A DNA stretch of 64,000 nt, from the IMG/VR virus record IMGVR_UViG_3300037400_002156, positions 64,001 to 128,000 of that record. One strand, given 5' to 3'. Positions 49,318-59,651 of the stretch are shown here, in pieces (position 1 is the stretch's first letter; every line of letters starts with the position of its first letter). Both the position numbers and the translations under genes were made by a program. This stretch comes from a virus (Duplodnaviria; Caudoviricetes). The notes below the pieces were generated by a model, which saw only the letters and a list, made by a program, of their open reading frames with translations, ran no database searches and was not told the DNA's origin.

Positions 49318-49346
49318 ATAGTAACACAAATTTTTAAGTATGTAAA
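49318..49346 (-). promoter_or_regulatory. Sigma70-type early promoter, module A
   Basis: TTTACA-17-TACTAT; second promoter TTTACA-17-TATAAT at 49427-49455. Confidence 0.75.
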
Positions 49347-49516
49347 CAAAAATAGTGTATTAAGTGTGTATTATAAAGTATCACAATGTATCATATGTAA
49401 TATAATGCATTACATATTAAATTTTAATTATAACATGTTTTGCTATAAATGTAAATAGAAAAAGTGTATCAAAAAGTAACTAACAATTTGATACACTTTT
49501 ATTTATTTTATTTGTA

Positions 49517-49810
49517 CTATTTAGATTCTAGCAAAGTCTGATTTGTATATATCGAATCATACGATTCTAATATATTAGCAATTGATGTTACTTTTGATGC
49601 ACATATAACATACGATGATTGCAATGATATATATGACATTAAAAGATCACCATTTGTTTGTATTGTCGATGTTTGTATTGGATCGCACGGAGAAATTATA
49701 GAATCAGGTATTTCAGGTTTTATATAAGATACTTCAGTTCTTGTTTCAACTGTTTTGCATCCTACAAATATAAAGCTTAATAATATAAATAATGTTATAA
49801 CTTTGCACAT
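49517..49810 (-). CDS. o-spanin (Rz1-like lipoprotein)
   Basis: Start reassigned to MCKVITL (GAGG RBS); lipobox FVGC; Pro-rich KPEIPDSIISPC; follows i-spanin. Confidence 0.8.
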   Translation of the reverse strand: MCKVITLFILLSFIFVGCKTVETRTEVSYIKPEIPDSIISPCDPIQTSTIQTNGDLLMSYISLQSSYVICASKVTSIANILESYDSIYTNQTLLESK

Positions 49811-49869
49811 AAAAACCTCACTGTGTCTAATGTGAACTAACATCAAATTAGATATAGTGAGGTTAAATG

Positions 49870-50265
49870 CTAATCTGTGCAAGCTAAATCATTTGATTCA
49901 TTAATTAACAAATCAATAAGTGACTGAGGTATAGATTCATTATACCAATCTTGAGCAACTGGATCTTCAACGATTGTTTCATAAATCTCTTGTTTAAGAT
50001 TCATTTCTTCCAATCGTGTCTTTTCCATATTCTCAATGTAATCATTTGTTACATTTATTGTTTCACGAAAAGATTCTACATTTTTCTCTAATGATTCTAT
50101 TTGACAGTTAAGTGCCTGAATTTCATTTTTCTGTTCAGTTAAAGTAACATTTAAATCAGCAATCTTATTATTAAGATGATTAATATAAACAAATATACTG
50201 ACAACTGATGCAACAGTAGCAATAATTATCACTGCTGCAATAATGACTTTAATCTTTAAACTCAT
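49870..50265 (-). CDS. i-spanin (Rz-like)
   Basis: N-terminal TM helix, coiled coil, WYNESIP motif. Confidence 0.8.
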   Translation of the reverse strand: MSLKIKVIIAAVIIIATVASVVSIFVYINHLNNKIADLNVTLTEQKNEIQALNCQIESLEKNVESFRETINVTNDYIENMEKTRLEEMNLKQEIYETIVEDPVAQDWYNESIPQSLIDLLINESNDLACTD

Positions 50266-50462
50266 AGGCAATATTCCACAACATTATATTTATCTTTTGT
50301 ATCTTCTTTAACATCTTTTACAATAACGTAGTGAAGAGTTTTAGTTTCTGCTACTGGTAAAATATAATCACATGATTCACTGCCGTTATACCATTCATTT
50401 GCACTAGCTACTACATCTTCAGCAACATTTTTAGCTTCGTCTTTTACAATAGTGATATCCAT
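50262..50462 (-). CDS. Hypothetical protein
   Basis: 66 aa, AGGAG RBS. Confidence 0.55.
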   Translation of the reverse strand: MDITIVKDEAKNVAEDVVASANEWYNGSESCDYILPVAETKTLHYVIVKDVKEDTKDKYNVVEYCL

Positions 50463-50473
50463 AATAGTCTCCT

Positions 50474-51082
50474 TTAAGGTTGTTTTCCAGACATTAACAA
50501 TCTTTCTCTTCGTTTAAGCTCTTTCTGTCGCTGCTTAAATGCAGCGACATCTTCTGAATTGTCAAATTGAAAATCCTCATGATTGTTATCTTTTAAATAT
50601 AACCAAGAATATAAAAAGGCCTCACAACAATCATGCGGGATTTTCTTTTTAGTACCAAATACAGATAATATTTTATACCCAGATTTAAAAAGATTATTAA
50701 GATATTTTGTAGCTAACTCAACAGAATCTTCTTTACTATATTTATGCTGATGTATACGAGATCTCAGTGTAGCTGGGTTATAAGTAGTTTTTATATGAGA
50801 TTCGAATTTATTATATATCAGTGAATCTAATGAATATAACGCAGCGCTCATTGATGAACATGGAAGTGGGCTCTCATGAATTAATTCATAGTCATCATAT
50901 CTGCTAAAAATATTCTCTAGCTGTTTAATAATATTTTGAGCAGCATGAACTACATTCTCAAATTGTTTTTCACCAATCTTACATGATGCAGTATCGAAAT
51001 ATATTTCTTTACTTTCTAAATTTATTATACATATTCCAGTTCTAGTAAATGAAGGATCAAGTGAAATTAAAACATTACTCAT
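50474..51082 (-). CDS. RuvC-like Holliday junction resolvase
   Basis: ISLDPSFTRTG, IHE, HDCCEA. Confidence 0.75.
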   Translation of the reverse strand: MSNVLISLDPSFTRTGICIINLESKEIYFDTASCKIGEKQFENVVHAAQNIIKQLENIFSRYDDYELIHESPLPCSSMSAALYSLDSLIYNKFESHIKTTYNPATLRSRIHQHKYSKEDSVELATKYLNNLFKSGYKILSVFGTKKKIPHDCCEAFLYSWLYLKDNNHEDFQFDNSEDVAAFKQRQKELKRRERLLMSGKQP

Positions 51083-51091
51083 ACAAACTCA

Positions 51092-51586
51092 TTAAAACAT
51101 TATGAGACATCCATTTGTTGTAACTGCACAGTCACTAAACTCAAATCTAATAAGATCATCATTAAATTTAAAGAATACGTCTTTAAGCAAAATTGAATCA
51201 GTATTTTCATATATATTGTTAAGTTTATCAGCTACTACTTCTAATAACACTAATAATCTACTAGTTTCATTTATATTTTCTTTTGTGTCTATATAGTGCA
51301 TAATAATATCATTTTTATCTAGTGAGTTCTCTTCTGCCAATTCAGAAAATGTTCGTTTATCATTCTTATAATATGAATCTATTAAGAAAACATTTACTGA
51401 TACAGATAAAGCTAAATCACCAGTTTCCATAAAAGGCCCATTTGAAAATACAAATGTAATCTTCTCTGGATTATCTTCATCAGGTAAGTATAAATCTCCA
51501 AGATATACTTTTGGCCAATCACTGACTTTTTCACATACACTAGCCAGTGCAACTTTATATGCCTTTATAAATGATGTAAATTTCAT
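51092..51586 (-). CDS. Hypothetical protein
   Basis: 164-aa ORF. Confidence 0.55.
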   Translation of the reverse strand: MKFTSFIKAYKVALASVCEKVSDWPKVYLGDLYLPDEDNPEKITFVFSNGPFMETGDLALSVSVNVFLIDSYYKNDKRTFSELAEENSLDKNDIIMHYIDTKENINETSRLLVLLEVVADKLNNIYENTDSILLKDVFFKFNDDLIRFEFSDCAVTTNGCLIMF

Positions 51587-51595
51587 AGATTTTTC

Positions 51596-52600
51596 CTACA
51601 AGTCGTCTTTATCACTGTAAACATCTACACCCTTATTATTATATACATCTGGAAATTTCTCTTTTAAATGATTTATAATATCATTTGTAGACATTGATTC
51701 ATACTCTTTAGCTTTATTTTTCTGCTGCTCTTTTAATCTGCGAATATACATTTGTTTATATGATAGTTTATTTTCAGAGTTAGCGGAATCACTTACACTA
51801 AACTCTGGCTTAAGCATGTCGTATGGTCTTCTTGTAAAACCATGAGCAGCATTACTTGAGTAATGCATTCTGCTAATGTAAGTTGATCTAGAAACATCTT
51901 TCTCTGTGGCTACAGAGTCATAAAACTTACGAGGAGAAAATACGATATTATTTATATAACTATAGCCATATAGTATACATGGGTAATTTAATGAATCTTC
52001 AAGATTCATATCATACACATAGTATCTCGTATAAGCAGTTGTATATGAAACAGTCTTTTCATGGTTTTCTTCATATCGCTTTGCCAAATATAAGCTACCA
52101 AGTGATGTATATAGATCTTTACCGCTAATAATATCTTTCTCAGTAATAGAGAAGCAGTTATCAGAAGAATATTCTTTTGTTTTATCTTTTCTCTGTATAT
52201 AAGTCGTATACATCCCAAGTCGCGATGTTACATTATTTTCAAGACACCATATACAGAATTTCTTTGTATCAAGAAAATCTTCAGATACAGTTATTCCATG
52301 CATGCCAAAAAACTTATATGCATAAAAACTTTCATCATAGCAACTTAACACAATAAATTTCCATCTACTATAAATATTCTTATATAGTGATGCAAATGAA
52401 CGAAACATCTTTGGCTTATACGGAATTATGCCATCATTATACAGTGTAATTATATTCTTAATGAGATGATGCTCATCATTTAGATACTCATCGTTGTATA
52501 CATACGATTTATGTTTTTCAAGTGTGTCATCGTCAATAGGCGATTTATCAAGCAATGCAGTTAATTGAGAAATAAGTTTTTTATCTATTAGAGTACTCAT
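51596..52600 (-). CDS. Protein with degenerate HNH homing-endonuclease-derived domain
   Basis: YSRW...SCY...FGMHGITVSEDF...IQRKD...YSSDNC mirrors YGGRGIxVCxEW...IDRID...YxPxNC. Confidence 0.55.
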   Translation of the reverse strand: MSTLIDKKLISQLTALLDKSPIDDDTLEKHKSYVYNDEYLNDEHHLIKNIITLYNDGIIPYKPKMFRSFASLYKNIYSRWKFIVLSCYDESFYAYKFFGMHGITVSEDFLDTKKFCIWCLENNVTSRLGMYTTYIQRKDKTKEYSSDNCFSITEKDIISGKDLYTSLGSLYLAKRYEENHEKTVSYTTAYTRYYVYDMNLEDSLNYPCILYGYSYINNIVFSPRKFYDSVATEKDVSRSTYISRMHYSSNAAHGFTRRPYDMLKPEFSVSDSANSENKLSYKQMYIRRLKEQQKNKAKEYESMSTNDIINHLKEKFPDVYNNKGVDVYSDKDDL

Positions 52601-52628
52601 ATTATTTACAATTTATATGTATTAAAAA

Positions 52629-52646
52629 AGGGAGCTTAAGCTCCCT
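52629..52646 (-). terminator. Intrinsic terminator
   Basis: AGGGAGCTT/AAGCTCCCT with U-tract on minus strand. Confidence 0.8.
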
Positions 52647-52671
52647 AATTTATTTAGTTATATTTATAAAT

Positions 52672-53382
52672 TTAAATTTTATAAATATCAGCAACAGCAT
52701 CAGCAGAAATAAATTTCTGCTCTGCAATAGGTGCGTTTGGATCACCAATCTTTGCTGCTAACTCTTCTGCTGTATATGTACGACCCATTGCATCAAGAAC
52801 TTTTTCACCATTTGTATTCATATACTCAGTAACGTATGCAACAGTATTTTCATTTGTTAACCACTGAGCAGCAGATGCCTGAGTTACTTGGCATTTCTGA
52901 TACTGCGTTGAATTACATGAGAATAGCAAATCAACATTTGTTATTGAACCGCTAATTTCAGAAAGTAATGAAATCTGATCGTACATTTCACCACCAAGAA
53001 CAAGAAGTTTTGGCTCAACTTTTGGTGAAACTACGCGTCCAGCGTTATCTGTCTCATATACAATGCATGGGTAACAGTACTTTATACTAACTTTATCACA
53101 ATACTTACAACAAGCGCCACCATCACAAAGAATGTAACCAACCTCTGGATGATAATGTAGCTTGATCATGATAACATCTTCAGTTAGAATAGCAACTCTA
53201 CAACGACGACCTTCTTCAAATTTAAGCTTTGGAAAAGGATATCGTGAAAGTTTAGAACCTGTCGAAGCTACTACGACGGCTGGACAGTTTTGAGCAAGAT
53301 TCAATGACTTTAATGAAAATGCTGGTTTATTTGTTGCAATAGCAGTACCATTAGAATTTGTTACATCAATTTCGTTTGCCAT
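52672..53382 (-). CDS. Probable ssDNA-binding protein (gp32-like, Zn-binding)
   Basis: LHYH...LCDGGACCKYC...CIVYETD; start reassigned to MANEID. Confidence 0.6.
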   Translation of the reverse strand: MANEIDVTNSNGTAIATNKPAFSLKSLNLAQNCPAVVVASTGSKLSRYPFPKLKFEEGRRCRVAILTEDVIMIKLHYHPEVGYILCDGGACCKYCDKVSIKYCYPCIVYETDNAGRVVSPKVEPKLLVLGGEMYDQISLLSEISGSITNVDLLFSCNSTQYQKCQVTQASAAQWLTNENTVAYVTEYMNTNGEKVLDAMGRTYTAEELAAKIGDPNAPIAEQKFISADAVADIYKI

Positions 53383-53505
53383 AATTTGTTTCCTTTTTAG
53401 ATTGTTGTTAATGACGTTGGATGCTAGATCCATGTCGGAACATATAATATATACAAAGAATGATAGTTGTGTTTAACGAATCATTCAAATAAATAGATAT
53501 TTAAC

Positions 53506-53784
53506 TTACATAAGAGGTATATCTCTTAAGTGCATCTTTTCTATAATAGATTCACTTTCGTCTTCTATTCTCTCTTCTACGTTAGCAATTATGTCTTCTA
53601 CATCACACCACTTATCATATTTTCCGCAGATAATTCTATTCCCATTATTTGTTTCCCAATATGAATCAAGTCCATTAAAATGATAAGTCCATAAACCTGT
53701 CATTGGCTTATTTTTAGTAGGATGTACCACTACACAAGTTATACCGTCAGACGGAGATCTTCTATTGAGACGTTCCCAGTGCAT
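53506..53784 (-). CDS. Hypothetical protein
   Basis: 92 aa, GGAG RBS. Confidence 0.55.
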   Translation of the reverse strand: MHWERLNRRSPSDGITCVVVHPTKNKPMTGLWTYHFNGLDSYWETNNGNRIICGKYDKWCDVEDIIANVEERIEDESESIIEKMHLRDIPLM

Positions 53785-53844
53785 TTTGGCTCCATTAATT
53801 TATATAGTAAGAAGATAAAGATTAAAAAATTGTAATTATAAAAT

Positions 53845-54414
53845 TTATTTACAATCCCAAAACGAAGATTCAGAGTCAGCTGACTGGAGTTTAAGTACAA
53901 GTTTATATTTATGAAGCGCGTTAGTAATCGCTGGTCTTTCGTACATAGGCTCAAGTACATAACCGCTCATATGCCATCGTATAGCACACGCTTCTTCATC
54001 AGTTAATTGCATATACTTCATAACTAAATACATCGACTTTTCACCATGGCCAAGTGGAACTGATGTCTCGTTATACTCATATGAAGGTACTCGTTCCCAT
54101 TTTCCAGTTACTTCATTCTTAACATTACGAAATGAAGGCTTATAGAAATTTACTTTACATAGATCATGAAACAGTGCAGTAATAGCAATTGTCTCATCTG
54201 ACTCATCAACTTGCTTCTCTTTTAATCGTTTATATACTTGTAAAGAATGAGCCAACAGTCCGCCAGGCTCAGACCCGTGATATCGCACTGAAGATGGAGC
54301 TTCATAGAAGTCTGTAGACTCGAGCCACAGCATCAAATTAGTAATGCCATCACGATGTATATTTGACTGTACTATACTTTTAAATTCTTGTTTAAGAGTA
54401 CTTATATCATTCAT
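53845..54414 (-). CDS. HD-domain phosphohydrolase
   Basis: APSSVRYH, GGLLAHS, FHDLCK, GHGEKS, IRWHM, AD. Confidence 0.9.
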   Translation of the reverse strand: MNDISTLKQEFKSIVQSNIHRDGITNLMLWLESTDFYEAPSSVRYHGSEPGGLLAHSLQVYKRLKEKQVDESDETIAITALFHDLCKVNFYKPSFRNVKNEVTGKWERVPSYEYNETSVPLGHGEKSMYLVMKYMQLTDEEACAIRWHMSGYVLEPMYERPAITNALHKYKLVLKLQSADSESSFWDCK

Positions 54415-54427
54415 ATATTAATCTCCT

Positions 54428-54613
54428 TTAGTCATCATATTCAATCTCTTCAATATCATAGTACTCATCGAAAGGCATTCCATATTCTTCTTCCATGGAA
54501 GACTCATAATCATCAGAAAAACTTAAATAACATTCTTCACAAAGACGAAGATTAGAGTTCTTGGATTCGTAAGCTGCAGGATTAAAACAACACATACATA
54601 ATTTACGTTTCAT
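54428..54613 (-). CDS. Small Zn-finger acidic protein
   Basis: CMCC...LCEEC; AGGAG RBS before MKRKLC. Confidence 0.6.
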   Translation of the reverse strand: MKRKLCMCCFNPAAYESKNSNLRLCEECYLSFSDDYESSMEEEYGMPFDEYYDIEEIEYDD

Positions 54614-54660
54614 ATTATCTCCTTTAATGAATGGATCCATTCCATCCATTTTGTAAGATA

Positions 54661-54689
54661 ATAATACAATAGAATCACATAAATGTAAA
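54661..54689 (-). promoter_or_regulatory. Sigma70-type early promoter, module B
   Basis: TTTACA-17-TATTAT. Confidence 0.7.
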
Positions 54690-54854
54690 TAGAAAAAGTG
54701 TATCATTTAGTATCTGATTCTGTATAAAGTGTATTATTTATTGTATCAAATTGTATTTTATATAGTAGTTTTTATAGAACACATTATATAATATACAAAA
54801 ATCCCATCATATATTATATATAATATATGATGGGATATATTATTTAACTATATG

Positions 54855-55748
54855 TTAAATAGAGTCTGGCCAATTAAACTTTATTACAAGATTACGTGCT
54901 GGAGAATCTCCACCAGAAATAGGATATAGTGTTAAACTACATTTTGTCTGTCCATCAATATTACCAATGAAGAACTTTGCAGCGCCACGTCCATTACCAA
55001 TTTCATCATTCCAGCATTCATCGATAGCATCAGCAACATCATCAGCAGTTGGGTACCAACGATTAATCGCAGCATCAAGAATACCCATAGCATCAAGCTC
55101 TGCAATAGCGCGATCTGATTTATAAGACGGAGTATCTGTAAATGATGATAAAACATCTGCTACTGTATTAGCTCTAGCACCATTAGGTAGAACGCTTGCA
55201 CCTTCATTACGAATGCCGCGACTATTTCGTTTAACAGATTCAAGTCCTCTTAGCTGACGCTGTCTCTTAGCCCATGCAGCTAAACCTTTTATATCAGCTT
55301 CTCGTTGTTCACGCTCTTCATCTGTTTCGTCATCGTCATCATCTTCATCTTCGTCATCATCGTCATCCCAAGTGTCTCCCCAGTCTTCAATGAAGTCACT
55401 TGCCATATATGAAAGCATTCTTTTTATATCATTACGTCTATCTTCTAACTCAATTTCGTCATAACCAAAATCACCAATCAACCATTCAATAGCAGAATCA
55501 ACCATTGCGTCATTACGGCCTCTTGCCATTGAATACATATTCTCTCTAAACTCTTCTTCACTATCATAGTAATCTTCACCACAGAAACGATTATCAAAAA
55601 CGTCTCTAAGATCATTTTCTAATGATGAGCTACGTTTACGATGCTTTCTAATCTTATCCATATCAACATAGTCCCACATATTTTCATTTTTATGTGATAG
55701 TAATTTTTCAAGACGTTTTATTCTTTTTTCTAATGTTATATTACGCAT
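54855..55748 (-). CDS. Leader-family acidic protein
   Basis: Start MRNITLEKRIKRLEKLLSHKNE behind GGAGG; poly-D/E tract. Confidence 0.7.
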   Translation of the reverse strand: MRNITLEKRIKRLEKLLSHKNENMWDYVDMDKIRKHRKRSSSLENDLRDVFDNRFCGEDYYDSEEEFRENMYSMARGRNDAMVDSAIEWLIGDFGYDEIELEDRRNDIKRMLSYMASDFIEDWGDTWDDDDDEDEDDDDDETDEEREQREADIKGLAAWAKRQRQLRGLESVKRNSRGIRNEGASVLPNGARANTVADVLSSFTDTPSYKSDRAIAELDAMGILDAAINRWYPTADDVADAIDECWNDEIGNGRGAAKFFIGNIDGQTKCSLTLYPISGGDSPARNLVIKFNWPDSI

Positions 55749-55817
55749 GTTAAATAATACCTCCATATAATATCTGTGAACAAATATACAACTTAACAAG
55801 TAATAGATATGTTGCAT

Positions 55818-56264
55818 TTAATAGCTTGCTGATGTGCTATCAAAATAACGACTATTGCATATTACAAATTGTGCACTATTAAAATATTTAACAATTGACT
55901 CTGCAGATGTTTTAGCAGTTTCATACCCTGCAATTAAAGCAGCGCATTCTGTTTTAGAGTTTGTAAAGTTTTTAATATATTGATTTTTAATATTAAATGA
56001 TTCTCTACATTCTGGATTCATTAAATCATTCAGTATCTTTACAAGCATTGCATTTGCATGTTGTAATTTCTGAAGGGTATCACATATAACGTTGTATTTA
56101 TAGGTTGCTTCAGAAAACAACTCATAAAATCTATCTGGCGTTTTCTTTAATTCTGAGAAAGAAGGAAGAATACCTGCTGTTGGGATAACTTCACAGCTCT
56201 CTATTAAAGATCTTACATATGTATATAACTTTTGTAAAGCACTTGAGTTTGATGTAGCTATCAT
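55818..56264 (-). CDS. Hypothetical helical protein
   Basis: 148-aa ORF. Confidence 0.55.
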   Translation of the reverse strand: MIATSNSSALQKLYTYVRSLIESCEVIPTAGILPSFSELKKTPDRFYELFSEATYKYNVICDTLQKLQHANAMLVKILNDLMNPECRESFNIKNQYIKNFTNSKTECAALIAGYETAKTSAESIVKYFNSAQFVICNSRYFDSTSASY

Positions 56265-56265
56265 A

Positions 56266-56970
56266 CTATTTAGACCTATTCAAATTTGTTAGTAGATGAT
56301 ACAATGAAATTTCCTTATTAGCTTTCGATTTAACAAATTCACTTATTGCTTGCTTAATTCTTTTACCGTATCGTTTGTTTGATTGTGTAATTAATCTAGC
56401 ATAATATACTGAAGCGCCTCTTATATTCTGTGACTGAACTTTATTAAGAAATGTTAACAATGACGAAGTTATCATTGATACATTATTCTTATTAACAAGA
56501 TTAAAGAATATAGTATTTAAAACATCTGGTGTTCCAAGTATTGCCTGATATAGACTATACACAGATTGATCATCTTCTTCACTGTAAGTTAGTGGTAAGT
56601 TACTAATCAAAGATATCTTTATTTTTTCCAATAAAGCATCATAGCTCATACTGTTAAACACAGGTAACTCATTTTTATTTTTCATCTGTATATAATGAAT
56701 AGGAAGTAAATTCTTTATCAGCCCCTCATTAGTAGTAAGATCCAAATCAAAATGATGCGCATTTACTATAATCCAGTTTTGAGTAATGCTTTTAACAATG
56801 TCCAACGTATCACTCTCAAACTGTCCAGTATATATAATTCCGGAAGAGTATGGATTATACTCCTTTGTAAGATCATCTATAATTTCAAAATTTGGATGAA
56901 TAAAGTTTAAGAATTCAATGTAATCTTTATTGAAATTTATTCTCTTACACAATAGAAGATGACTATTCAT
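56266..56970 (-). CDS. Hypothetical protein, possible clamp-loader delta-like subunit
   Basis: Coupled to the delta-prime-like gene; inference from context only. Confidence 0.35.
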   Translation of the reverse strand: MNSHLLLCKRINFNKDYIEFLNFIHPNFEIIDDLTKEYNPYSSGIIYTGQFESDTLDIVKSITQNWIIVNAHHFDLDLTTNEGLIKNLLPIHYIQMKNKNELPVFNSMSYDALLEKIKISLISNLPLTYSEEDDQSVYSLYQAILGTPDVLNTIFFNLVNKNNVSMITSSLLTFLNKVQSQNIRGASVYYARLITQSNKRYGKRIKQAISEFVKSKANKEISLYHLLTNLNRSK

Positions 56971-57550
56971 AGTTAAACTCTAGCATATTTAACAACTTAC
57001 ACTGATCATTTTTTCTATATGATTTCACAAGACTATTATCGTATGCAATCAATGGATTATATTTATTATATACAAGTAATTTATCTTCATATGAAGTATC
57101 ATCAGACAGTGATGCTCCGCAGTCATTGTTAAACATCTCGCGAGCTTTACTAATATTTATAAAGCCAGCTCTATTGCCTCTATCTTGTATATAGAACTTT
57201 CTAAACTCATTTGTACGAGAAATAATAGTGTCAAGAATATTATCTCTACTTGCTAGTAATATAATATTAAGAGATGTATCATCCATAAATTTTAATAGTA
57301 ATGATTGATCTCTTTTACTCAAATATGATATATCGCTAATTATTACAGGCAGTGAATAATTTTTATAATGAGAGTACTTATCAATCAATGATATTAAATC
57401 GTCTCTATCTGTAATGTAATCAATATCATAATTGTAATTATTCTTTTTTAAATAATTTTTAAATGATAAAGATGCGCCTCCGACAAAGAGTTTATGATAG
57501 CCATGTCTTTTATTTAAAGGTAACTTATTACTATCATCTTTTATTTGCAT
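56963..57550 (-). CDS. Degenerate clamp-loader subunit (delta-prime-like)
   Basis: QSLLLKFMDD...IILLA...ILDTIISR matches the DnaX paralogue; no Walker A. Confidence 0.7.
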   Translation of the reverse strand: MQIKDDSNKLPLNKRHGYHKLFVGGASLSFKNYLKKNNYNYDIDYITDRDDLISLIDKYSHYKNYSLPVIISDISYLSKRDQSLLLKFMDDTSLNIILLASRDNILDTIISRTNEFRKFYIQDRGNRAGFINISKAREMFNNDCGASLSDDTSYEDKLLVYNKYNPLIAYDNSLVKSYRKNDQCKLLNMLEFNYE

Positions 57551-57556
57551 ACAAGT

Positions 57557-57781
57557 CTACGCCTTATTAAGCTTATTTAGTCTCTCAATTTCCATTTGAC
57601 AGTAACGAATTGCTTTCTGTAGATCTTGAATCTCTGTGTCTTTACTTTTCTTTCCACTTCTTAGAACATACTTGATGATATTACCCTTATTGAAATTGAG
57701 TTCATACTCATCAACAATATCACTAACACTCATGTTTGTTTTATTATAGTACGAAGGGACTAACACTGAATCATCTTTCAT
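57557..57781 (-). CDS. DUF3310-like protein
   Basis: PSYY, FNKGNIIKYVLRSGKK...DLQKA. Confidence 0.8.
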   Translation of the reverse strand: MKDDSVLVPSYYNKTNMSVSDIVDEYELNFNKGNIIKYVLRSGKKSKDTEIQDLQKAIRYCQMEIERLNKLNKA

Positions 57782-57879
57782 AATAAACACTCCTATAAAA
57801 ATTGTAATAACACTAACTTTACATATATACAAATAAAGAGCATTGAACTTAATCAATGCTCTTTTGATATGTGTATTAA

Positions 57880-58293
57880 CTAGTCCTCTCGACTAAGTTC
57901 AATAATGAACTGAGGCTTATTGTCTTTATCGTAAAATAGAATCTTTGGAATTTCTTGATCTTTAAAAACTTCTACAGAATTACAATTATCATCAATAATA
58001 CAATCTAAAAACTGTCCCCACGTGAATCCTTCGCCATAAGCATATTCCCATGTCCCATAGCTGCCAATCCACCATGGAGTAAGCAATCTTCTCCATCCCG
58101 AAAAGAAATCTCTACATCCCAAAGATTCTGCTTCTGTAAAAGCATCAGCTGTAATTTTGCCAATACTTTTACATACAGTGTTAAACACATCTTTGTTGTC
58201 AGTAGAAATATAGTTAGGAAGTAAAACTAATAAACCACGCACACGATCAAGAATTGACTTTTCAAGTTTTTCTGCGATTGTCTGCTTATTCAT
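57880..58293 (-). CDS. Hypothetical protein
   Basis: AGGTG RBS before MNKQTIA. Confidence 0.55.
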   Translation of the reverse strand: MNKQTIAEKLEKSILDRVRGLLVLLPNYISTDNKDVFNTVCKSIGKITADAFTEAESLGCRDFFSGWRRLLTPWWIGSYGTWEYAYGEGFTWGQFLDCIIDDNCNSVEVFKDQEIPKILFYDKDNKPQFIIELSRED

Positions 58294-58309
58294 AATGTCA
58301 CCTTTCATA

Positions 58310-58756
58310 CTACGTCTCACTCCAGTGATCGTCAAGTTCACAAATCCGCTGCGCAATCTTTTTGTCAAATGCAAACAGATCGTCAAGCCCAATCTTTTCA
58401 CGATAATCTTTAGGTGTTGCAATGCAATCAGTAAGCAATAATTGAATAAGATTCTTTACATGTGAGACAGCCGCACTTATTACTTCAAGCGCCTGCTCCT
58501 CTTCGATAATATCATCATCTTCTTCAATATATGCCCACCTAATTAGCAAATCAGGTCTTAATCCGTGTATGCCCTTAAGATCATCTTGTTTAGAGAATGT
58601 ATTAGAGTATTTATGAAATAGCATAACTTCATAGTATGTTTCATAAATATGCTCATCTTCATTAACAGGATACTTGTACTGAACTACGCAAAGTGCCGTC
58701 TCAGTTTCAATGTCTGGTAAATCTTGTCCGAAGGCTGTTACATTATGCCATTTCAT
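58310..58756 (-). CDS. Hypothetical protein
   Basis: MKW...LP...RWAY pattern; GGAGG RBS. Confidence 0.6.
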   Translation of the reverse strand: MKWHNVTAFGQDLPDIETETALCVVQYKYPVNEDEHIYETYYEVMLFHKYSNTFSKQDDLKGIHGLRPDLLIRWAYIEEDDDIIEEEQALEVISAAVSHVKNLIQLLLTDCIATPKDYREKIGLDDLFAFDKKIAQRICELDDHWSET

Positions 58757-58768
58757 AATATACCTCCA

Positions 58769-59263
58769 TTAAACCTGACTTTCTGACCCGCTTGAAGTTC
58801 TTTCTGGATTAACCATAGTAGAGTCTGCTAATACTTTAAAATCATTATAAATAGTATTATTTTTATCTGTATCATCGTGCAGCATTTCTTGCAGCTTTGC
58901 TTCTGCAAAAGCAAGTAAATCTTCTGGTGTATCTACTAAATCTACGTCATTCTGAGAATCACACATCGCTCGATAAGTTGAAACTACCAGTTTGTTTAAC
59001 TCATCACTATCAATGAAGTCTGATTCATTAGTAATCTGCTTACACTTATCTCCACTCCAGATAAACTTATTATCAGCTAATTTAAATTTTGTATAATGTC
59101 CATTATGAACATAACAATCAATAGTAAAATCTTTCATTGAAGGGAATTTCTTTATCATTCTTTTAATCTGTCTTCCGCAGACAACACTTGTACACATAAC
59201 ATCGTCGAGCTTACGAAGGTCAATTTTGTTTTCTACATTTTTCTTAGTATTATCTTTTTTCAT
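58769..59263 (-). CDS. Hypothetical protein
   Basis: 164 aa, GGAG RBS. Confidence 0.6.
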   Translation of the reverse strand: MKKDNTKKNVENKIDLRKLDDVMCTSVVCGRQIKRMIKKFPSMKDFTIDCYVHNGHYTKFKLADNKFIWSGDKCKQITNESDFIDSDELNKLVVSTYRAMCDSQNDVDLVDTPEDLLAFAEAKLQEMLHDDTDKNNTIYNDFKVLADSTMVNPERTSSGSESQV

Positions 59264-59274
59264 AAATAAACTCC

Positions 59275-59472
59275 CTATGCTGAAATGAACTCACTAAACG
59301 CCATTTTGCAATTATAGTCAAAAGTTATTCTACGATTATTAGGTGTAATAATTAAACACTGCAACGGATTTAAATTACTGCTCTTAATATAATTTAAGCA
59401 CGGTTCTAAATCAAAGTCAGTAAACATCAACTCAGGCGTTGAATTATAAAAATAATAGTATAATTTAAACAT
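59275..59472 (-). CDS. Hypothetical protein
   Basis: 65-aa ORF. Confidence 0.5.
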   Translation of the reverse strand: MFKLYYYFYNSTPELMFTDFDLEPCLNYIKSSNLNPLQCLIITPNNRRITFDYNCKMAFSEFISA

Positions 59473-59477
59473 ATGTT

Positions 59478-59603
59478 CTATCCTAAGTTAATAAAAAGTT
59501 TATTTAGAATAAGGCCTACGATATCAGCAAGCTCTTCATGGTATAAGCATCCAATAAGTACAAATATCATAAGAACTACAATGTGAAATACATCTTTTGT
59601 CAT
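59478..59603 (-). CDS. 41-aa membrane peptide or lipoprotein (not in ORF track)
   Basis: MTKDVFHIVVLMIFVLIGCLYHEELADIVGLILNKLFINLG; AAGGAGG RBS. Confidence 0.65.
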   Translation of the reverse strand: MTKDVFHIVVLMIFVLIGCLYHEELADIVGLILNKLFINLG

Positions 59604-59651
59604 CGTCGGCCTCCTTATTAAATGGATCCTTTCCATTTAATTTATAAGTTA

